64,000 nt of DNA from Lingula anatina (lineage: Eukaryota; Animalia; Brachiopoda): positions 30,628,001 to 30,692,000 of the forward strand of contig CM120642.1 of NCBI GenBank assembly GCA_051362555.1, written 5' to 3'. Under the pieces are notes generated by a model. The model was given only the letters and a program-made list of their open reading frames with translations, made no database searches and was not told the DNA's origin. Position 1 is the first letter of the stretch, and each line of letters starts with the position of its first letter. A program made the position numbers and the translations under genes. This document shows positions 56,161-64,000 of this stretch, in pieces.

Positions 56161-58040
56161 CCCAGTCATAGTGGAGCCTTTTCTCTACGAGGCGGCCAAA
56201 TATACAGTCACGTGACTCTGATAAGAGGCAGACCGAGAAGGTAGGAGGTGAAGTCCGTTGTAGGCCTAACCACTGCTGCATCCGCCGTGTGAAGGCTGTC
56301 AAGGTTCAGAAGATTTAGTCACCTTCAAGTTAATGTGAGTTTTACTTCACTTTACATATACATATATAAGTTTATTGTGAAACTTCTATAACTATTTTTA
56401 TAATTAAAATATTTTTCCCTTGAATTTGTAAAGGAGTTATATAGTTCTTTGTATAATCATTTAGGCCTACTTTCCTTTATTATCTTTATACAGTTACCGT
56501 GATCAAATTCACCGCCAAGAGAGTTACTTTTATTACCAAATCAATGTAGAGGTGTAAACGTGTATGCAAGTTTCTGCATAGTAACATGTGTTCATTAACG
56601 CCCCTAAGCTTATTTTGTATAATCATTTACTTGCATCTATAAATTAATTGCGTCTACTGAGTTTTCTGAATAATTGTTTGGTGTCATTAATTATCGAAAG
56701 TCCTTATTTCTTTCGTTATTTATATTATAATATTCAGTTAACGGCACTTGTACGCGCATTAAACAAAGAAAATCCTCCTAGCCTGTGTTTGAACTTATTT
56801 GGTAATATACTATAAATGTAGCGGATTTGGTTGTTAAAGATATTCAGAATATTAAATTTTAAGGCTCTGGCAGCTCTAACTAGAGCCCCTAAGTTCACGC
56901 GTCAAGTCCAGCTAATTAATAAGAGTGAGGTAGATTGAGAAATGCCGAAGTCGCGCAACCGTCCAATCAGATATAATAGAGGCGAATGGAAAGTAACGTG
57001 GCGGTGTAGATGACGTTTGTGACTTGCCCGAATTTATGACTGAGTCGAAAAAGAGTAACATTTTCCTCCTCTCTATCCATCAATAACGAAAGAGAAGTTT
57101 CTTGATGTCTACACCAAGGCCAGGTGTGACACACGTGACAGGAACGGTAGTCCGCTAGGAACCGTAGTCCGTCCCCCATTACTTTGTATACGTATAGGTG
57201 ACATTCGTCTAGTATACTACTCCCAATATGTAACTAAACTGTAGGTCTGTGAAGCGAAAAGTCCGCCCCATTTAATTATAATGATTAGGGTCGGCCTGTC
57301 ATAAGTGAGTATAAATCTAGGATGAAGTTTGGACATAATAACGAATATGTCCAAGGGTGAAGCTTACCTGTACAAATGAATGGGAAGCAGACTCTCTAGA
57401 TCTATCATGGGAGACTTCGTCACGTACGTTACACCGGACTTCCATCCTAGTGCTGCCATTCCTGTAACACCTGTATCCATCACCGAATCGTTTCCGGTCT
57501 AGGGCCCAGTGCGTGTGAGTTTTTGCCAGCTCTCATTACTACCTGGTATGTCTTTTTGTATTTAAAATAATAGACAAATATTTGTTGCTTTTTTTCGACA
57601 ATTTAAAGGTGTAGGCGTAGCTTATGTGGATCTTGAGCCAGTGATACATGTACACGTAGTACAATGTGCATGTTGCCAAAGTTAAAGTTCATTTCATAGT
57701 GTCTTACACGACGGCAAGTTTTGGTTGCAGCATATTACAAAACATGGAAGCGTATAAAAGATTGAGTCTCTCGGTACCGATAAAAAAAAACTTGCGGTAA
57801 TTTTTTTCGCGAGGAATGCTATATAGGCCTATATAGAATATTCTTTCGTCAAAGATCATAGCAGGGCTTATGATCAGTAGAATCTGCACGTATATTGTTA
57901 TGCAGCATTTTTGTAGGAGTTTCGGTGCATATATTACAGAAGGTCAGTGAAGTTGTGTGGAGCGCTAGACTTAACAAAGGATAGCCGAATGGTTAGCACT
58001 AGTTGCTTCACAAAAATTAAGTTAGTTCCCTGGCTTAGTT

Positions 58041-59019
58041 CATGGGCGTAACTAGGCATACGCACGGATGCACTGTGCGTACAATTTTTTGGCCAACCAT
58101 GATATTATTTTATATAAATTTAGTGTATTTTTCACGGAATATAAAAGAAAATCCTCTGCTTATTAAAGTCACCTGTATACCTGTATACAAATCCTCTGTA
58201 TCAATTGTATAGGCACAATTGTTCTGACACCCCCCTCCCCCCCCCCCCCCCCCAGTCTTGCAAACTGAGGTAAACAATGCCTATAACCTCAACAAGTCCT
58301 ATCTTAATCGTCCATCTAACTGGAACTTCCTTTACCTCTTAATTGGAGGGTTCAGTGGCCCTCAACTCTTCTGTACCCTCTTTCTTGAGAATATCGAACG
58401 CATTCTCGCTGGCAATATTTATCTCAGGTAAAAATCTGCCTGAGTGTTATTTTCAAAGAGCAGCTCCCGCAACCCTGGGGGCACTAGATAAAATCTGGAC
58501 ACCAGGTTTAAGAAGGAGCTAGAGAAACAAAGGAAGGATTTTTCCTACAAAGCTTCAAAGAATTTTGACACGGACTTGACCCAGCTTACCCCTCCAAACT
58601 AACAGGGTGACATGGGCAATTTTTACAAACAAATAATTAAACTTAGATGTATCAGAGCTCTGTCGTGTCGTACAATTGGTTGTTTTTGGGAGCCATGCAT
58701 CCACATGTAAGGTGAATGAAACCGTATGTTAGTTCAACTCAGAGGTGGATCCAGGATTATTCGAAGGGGGTTCCACATATGCGAAGCTAGCCTCCTTTTA
58801 AATAAATATACCGTTCTGGGTAATAAGAATATTGAAACTTTTTTAATTGCGAGAATATTTCTGACTAAATGATGATTTTATTATTAATGGAAATTAAGCT
58901 GCGATGTGTGGTACATATGCTCTAACTACGCTGTCCTTCATCTCTTGCGTTAGTCTACATTTTGCTGGGAATTTTAAAAATCTGTGCGTACAATTTTTAA
59001 AGGTCTGGTTACGCCCCTG
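58041..59019. mobile_element. 979-bp non-autonomous DNA transposon with 5-bp TSD
   Basis: TIRs CATGGGCGTAACTAG / CTGGTTACGCCCCTG; TAGTT duplicated at 58036-58040 and 59020-59024; subterminal direct repeat TGTGCGTACAATTTTT at 58074 and 58983. Confidence 0.85.
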
Positions 59020-59409
59020 TAGTTGACTAGGATTTCCATGAGAGTGCTGTGACACTGTTCCTGATAGGGTAAGATGTGCCCATGTGACTATGTGACATAT
59101 GGAATCAAGGGGAACCTGTTTTTTTTTTAAATTAATTAATTTATTATTATTATTTTTTATTTTTTATTTTTTTGTGAAACTGGGGCCATGTGTACAGGAT
59201 ATTCTGTGCAACAACGACCTACATCCTGCGTGATTGATGTTCCAACTCACACTTATTAGTCACTCAGGAGTAACATGAAATGGGGAAGCCCGGCTGTTTC
59301 ATACATTGTAGACCCATTGTAATCAGTGTTTGATGTTTTATATAACAAATAATTTTATTTCTATTTTTGAAACTAGATCCTGCTGGACATTCGCTACACA
59401 GTTTTCAAG

Positions 59410-62400
59410 ATGGTCTTCATTTGGCTCATCGTATCGCTCTGCGCTGTACATGCTCAACAAGAGATTCGGATCGGCGGGATACTAACGCTACCAACCTTTG
59501 ACGCACTGGTCAAAGCTGCAGAGATGGCTGTCAGCGACATTAACAATGATCAAAGCGTCTTACCGGGCTATAACCTTGTACTGGACATGAGAAATGTAGG
59601 TACTTGTTTTGCGTTTCCTGTGGTGTGATTTTTTTTTTTTTAGTTTTTGTTTTTAATAAACTGAGTACACAGTTGAATTACAGCTCCTGTGTAGAGTTGT
59701 ATTTTCCCAAACTTATTCTATTTTACCGTGGCGTCGCTGAACAACTTAATGCTATGAACGTAAGGGTATATATATAACATAAAAGTTTCACTGTCTTAAA
59801 AACTTACATAATGATTGAACAGTGCCAAGTTTACCGTATCAACTGAATGTAATGTGTTTAGACTTCAGGCTCTGGCTCTCCAGTGGAAACGGCGCTTTCT
59901 CACGTGGACTATTTTGTAAACACGGCCCCAGTGGCTATGTTGTTTGGCCCGGCCTACTCGTCACTGCATGACGCTTCCAACTGCAGCGCGGTCAAGCAAT
60001 TACAGTTTGATACAGGTAAATATGCACATTGGTCTGATTGGTGGAGGGCGGAAGGGGGGGGGGGCACGTGACACTCTATTAACTTTGGAGGTATTCCCTT
60101 ATTCCTTAAAAAAAACACACACACACACACACACACACATATTAATTGTCCTTGTCTGTCGTCATGTATTTACCTGCAAATTAAAGCAAAGTGTATATAC
60201 GAAAAAAAGTAGGTTCTGTATATTTCTGCATGCGTAGAAGGTAAGTGACACTCATCAGCGGACTGAGTCCTCTGTGATGACGTAGCTTTTCTATCAGTAA
60301 CAGATATTTACTGTCCATATTTTAATAAGAGGCATAAAAATAACGATACGCCGTTTCAAATCTGTAGTTATAATTATGGACCTTCAAACAACACTATTTT
60401 CTTTAATTCGTATCAATTTAATTTTTGTTTTGACTGATACTCCGTATTTAAAGATTAACTAAATAAATGAAATAATTGTAAACCTTATTGAAATATCAAT
60501 CATAAAACAACAATGCTGATCCCAATTTAAACGCGTTATCAGGTCTTCCCCTGGTGATTGCTAATGGTTTTTGATTAGCATGTACATAAGTTCATACAAC
60601 ACACGCATATTAAATCAAAATATATATCTAATAATTCCCACCACATTTATACCTTCCAAGCTCAGTCCTCTGTCAGCAGACCCCGCACTGGCGAACAAAA
60701 CCATTTATCCGTATTTCTTCCGGTTGATGGCCAACGTGATGGACTTCAGCCCGGCGGTGGTCGGCTTCATACAGCATTTTGGGTGGAAGAACGTGGCGAT
60801 CATCAAAGAGTCAAGGACTCCTTATGATGCCGTAAGTATGAAAACGCTATTTAACATTGTGGGCCCTCTTTTTTTGTCTTAGTAGTAGAAGGGGCGTAGC
60901 TTGTCCGTCAGAAGCTGACTAGATCGGCTGGTGCACATACATAGTTTGAAAATTATTGTTATTTGATTAACGTTTCTGTAAATGTCATTTGATTTACGTT
61001 TCTTCAGTCTCTTTTTCTTGGGAATGCCAATAATAATATGTTGGAACGTGGAATACCTACTAGATATAGGCCTATGGATGATCGTCAGAATCAAAGATGA
61101 CACGATTTATAAGTCCGATTTTTCAGTGTGGGATAGACCGCATATAAAGATACATTTAACGGCAAATCACCTATAGAATTCTTTTGTGTCAAAAATTGCA
61201 TCTTTTACAGTCTGACTTCTGAAAAAAACATCATGATATCAAGAAACTTGTCATTTCTACTTAAAAATGCCATTGACTTATCCATTTCAGCTCGCAGACG
61301 CCGTGAACGCTGATTTAAAGAAGGCAGGCGTGAACGTGGGGACTGTGGCCACCTACAGTGACAGCGACCCCGCTGCCGCGCTTTCAGAAATATTGGTAAT
61401 TAAGAAACACCGCCAGTTACATGTACATGACATGTGATAGCATTATTTTAATGATGAATGGTTTTCAGCGAGAACATTTTGATTTTCAAAATACAGGTAT
61501 CTAGTCATTCGTGCTCTGAGAACAATGGGTATTCGTAATGCCCCATAAATGTTTGACGGCATCATTGTGTTTTTCTCAATTTAGGCTACTTTATAATGCA
61601 TTGCATTAATTTATAAACACCTAATTTAACACAAAATGTTTTAGATGTAATTTAGGGCCTACATGAGATGAATAATGCAAATCAGTTAATGTATTGATTT
61701 TTGGATTATTTTGGATCATAATCTGATTTAGAAACAACCCAAAGCAATAATAATGCTGCAAGGTAATATTAAAATCTGGGAAATGTTTGTGTATTTGCTT
61801 GTTTTCGCTTTCAGGCAACCGAAATCAAAGTCATCTTTGTTTCTACCTTTCAATCAAAGTACAAATTTATCATGTGTGAGGTAGGTAATTTGATTCAAAA
61901 AACATTTTGATTAAACTTAGAGGGAGCTAACGTCGTCTTTAAAAATTGTGGCATAATAGGCCTTCTTATTCGGTTTTGTACTGTAAAATACTGTAGTTTT
62001 TAAAAATTACTTAAAGGTATAACAAGTGTTCGTTTTGACAAAAAGGGATTTTTTTGTGATAATATCTCAAGAGAATATTCTTAAGAGATTATTACGGAGG
62101 CATAAACATCTACGAATTAATTAAGGTCCACATGGTTTGATGACAAGCACAGATTCCAGAATAATTGCGATTACCGCTGTTTTTGTGGTAAAATGGAATA
62201 TAGGCCTATTATATGAGTTCTTTACGATGTTTTTATTGTGAAGTATGAATCTCATACGAACAGTTGTTACCCCTTAAAACCTTATACAGTAGAATACCCC
62301 ATACTGTTTTAATTCGAATTTTAAACCACCATAGGCTTTTTTAATTCCCAGGCATTCAAAAAGGGGATGTACAGCTCAAAATATCTTTGGATAAAAGCGC

Positions 62401-63416
62401 CCAGTCCTGTCTTGAACATGTGGGAGTTCTACGGCCGCGGGGATGTCCCGAGTGACTGCACGGCGCAGGAAGTGGTGTCCAGCATGGAAGGCGATGTTCA
62501 CCTGTGGGTGCAGGATCTTCTCGATCTGGATGCAGAACCAGAGTTGAAAGACACGGTGTCGGGACGGGTAATTGTGATAGTTTTCTCTTCGACGACTATT
62601 TACATGATTGACATCAGTCTGGCTAACATGTGCCTTTAAGTTAAAAAGTTTTAAAATAGTAAATAAAGTAAATAAATGAATAAATATTGTACGGTGTAGG
62701 CTCCACATAGATCTACCAGTTTCGACCAATATGCGTTTTTCATTTCAAAATCCAGAGTTGAAACAATGCGCATAGCCATATTCAGTGCAACATGTCGCTT
62801 CTCACCTGACACATCAAACGCAATTTTACCTACTCGCATACCATTGCTCGACCCGTCCCTGCACTCGTATTCGATGTTTTAATCCATTTTAATCTAATGG
62901 TTTAGTACTTACTAAATAGCCAGTTATTTAGAACGCCATGTCTTTCTCTTCATTTCAGAAGGAACTAACAACGTCAGTGCCAGTACTTTTATTTTATTTG
63001 AGAGGTTATGTAATTTTTAAGGTCTGAAGTGGGGAAAAATTACTGGCTTTGCAGGATATATAGACGTTAAAAACATGACTTTGGGGAATTTATAAGCGTG
63101 TCCAATATACCTTTTAGTACAGTTTGAATATAATGGATAGTACATGTATAATGAATGAAACATATATTACGATATTTTACTGTTATAGGATGCAAAGGCA
63201 TTTGTAGACGACATAAGGTCCAGCACACCTTTCGGCTTCCGTGACGCCATCCTGACGCAGAGTTACGACGCAATATGGTCCATAGCGCTGGCTTTGAATA
63301 ATTCTCTGCCAGCGTTACCAGGGAATCCCGGGACCAAAATGGAACGGCTGTACGGCCGCGGTGCCTCCGAGATTATCAGCAGTGAGATGAAGAAAATGAA
63401 GTTTACTGGTCTGTCG
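59410..63416 (+). CDS. GABA-B-receptor-like class C GPCR, N-terminal Venus flytrap (ANF receptor) domain; partial, continues beyond the window; apparent frameshift in coding exon 2
   Basis: Exons 59410-~59599, ~59869-60015, 60661-60831, 61291-61395, 61815-61880, 62352-62567, 63189-63416. Signal peptide MVFIWLIVSLCAVHA; AAEMAVSDINNDQSVLPGYNL, LFGPAYSS, PALANKTIYPYFFR, FGWKNVAII, CEAFKKGMYSSKYLWI, YDAIWSIALALNNS, FTGLS. The 7TM part is not visible, so a receptor guanylyl cyclase or other VFT protein is not excluded. Confidence 0.8.
62011..62277 (+). mobile_element. TTAA-flanked MITE (Kolobok/piggyBac-like) in receptor intron
   Basis: TTAA-AGGTATAACAAGTGTTCGT ... ACGAACAGTTGTTACCCC-TTAA imperfect TIRs; second copy at ~54658-54885. 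Confidence 0.75.
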
Positions 63417-64000
63417 GTAAGTTGAACACTGTGCTCATGGTATCTTTTATATACTGCCGGTATCATACGCTTGTCAACGGTAAGGCGACGGTTTTCTTAA
63501 TGCTCTGATGCATACTGGTGACGCCTGTGTGTGGGTTTTAAGGCGGTTTGATACGGTATAGGACTTTTTTCTTTTAAGTTCGTGGGAATGAACATTGTCA
63601 CAATTTGAGATAATGCTGGCACATCAAAAGTACATCAGGGTGAATTTGCTAATTTTAGCTGATGACGTGAGAGCAGCGTTTTTGGGTAAAACTTTAATAT
63701 AGCTTTCAGATAGATCTCTCTCACCTGAACAGCTGCAGCTAACAACAAGCTATTTTGCCAAGAGTCACTTTTGAGAGTCATATCGGCATTTATGTTTTAT
63801 CGAACCCACCTGACGTAAAAAAAATTTCCTCCAAGTCTAATTATGTCATATCTTGTGGCAAAACGTCGATTTTTCTCAAACGGATGTCAAGTTGATCTTA
63901 AAGTGCATAAATGTGTATTAGCTGGCCAATATAACGGATTCCTGTTATATCGATTCAGCACTAGAGAACAATCAAAGATTAGCGATGTCATTTTATCGAA

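Noticed and set aside
57980-58035. Possible tRNA gene
   Set aside because: Only an A-box-like stretch; no cloverleaf or intact B-box; at most a decayed SINE head.

Overview
AT-rich eukaryotic (invertebrate animal, probably bilaterian) genomic DNA with spliceosomal introns; no prokaryotic features, CRISPR arrays, rRNA or intact tRNA genes were seen. Seven protein-coding loci were reconstructed by hand from splice sites and frame continuity: (1) 3' part of an NRF-6/OACYL-type O-acyltransferase (+, 448-6168, one GC-AG intron); (2) an intronless type II membrane protein with a GT-A-like DxD motif (-, 8560-9804); (3) a 3-exon Lsi2/ArsB-like (silicon/arsenite efflux family) transporter (+, 10501-13375), head-to-head with (2); (4) a taperin/phostensin-like protein (-, 17948-35851); (5) CCDC105/tektin-like 1 (+, 36559-41459), head-to-head with (4); (6) Rab14 (-, 46215-50794); (7) the 5' part of a GABA-B-like class C receptor (+, 59410 to beyond the window) with an apparent +1 frameshift that a cryptic splice acceptor could repair. 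Non-coding DNA holds several MITE families, a Helentron-like element, LINE remnants, hairpins, CTCF-like motifs and many G/C homopolymers. The best candidate for an undescribed system is the divergent glycosyltransferase-like + Lsi2-like transporter pair next to the O-acyltransferase. All family calls are from motif recognition, not database searches.
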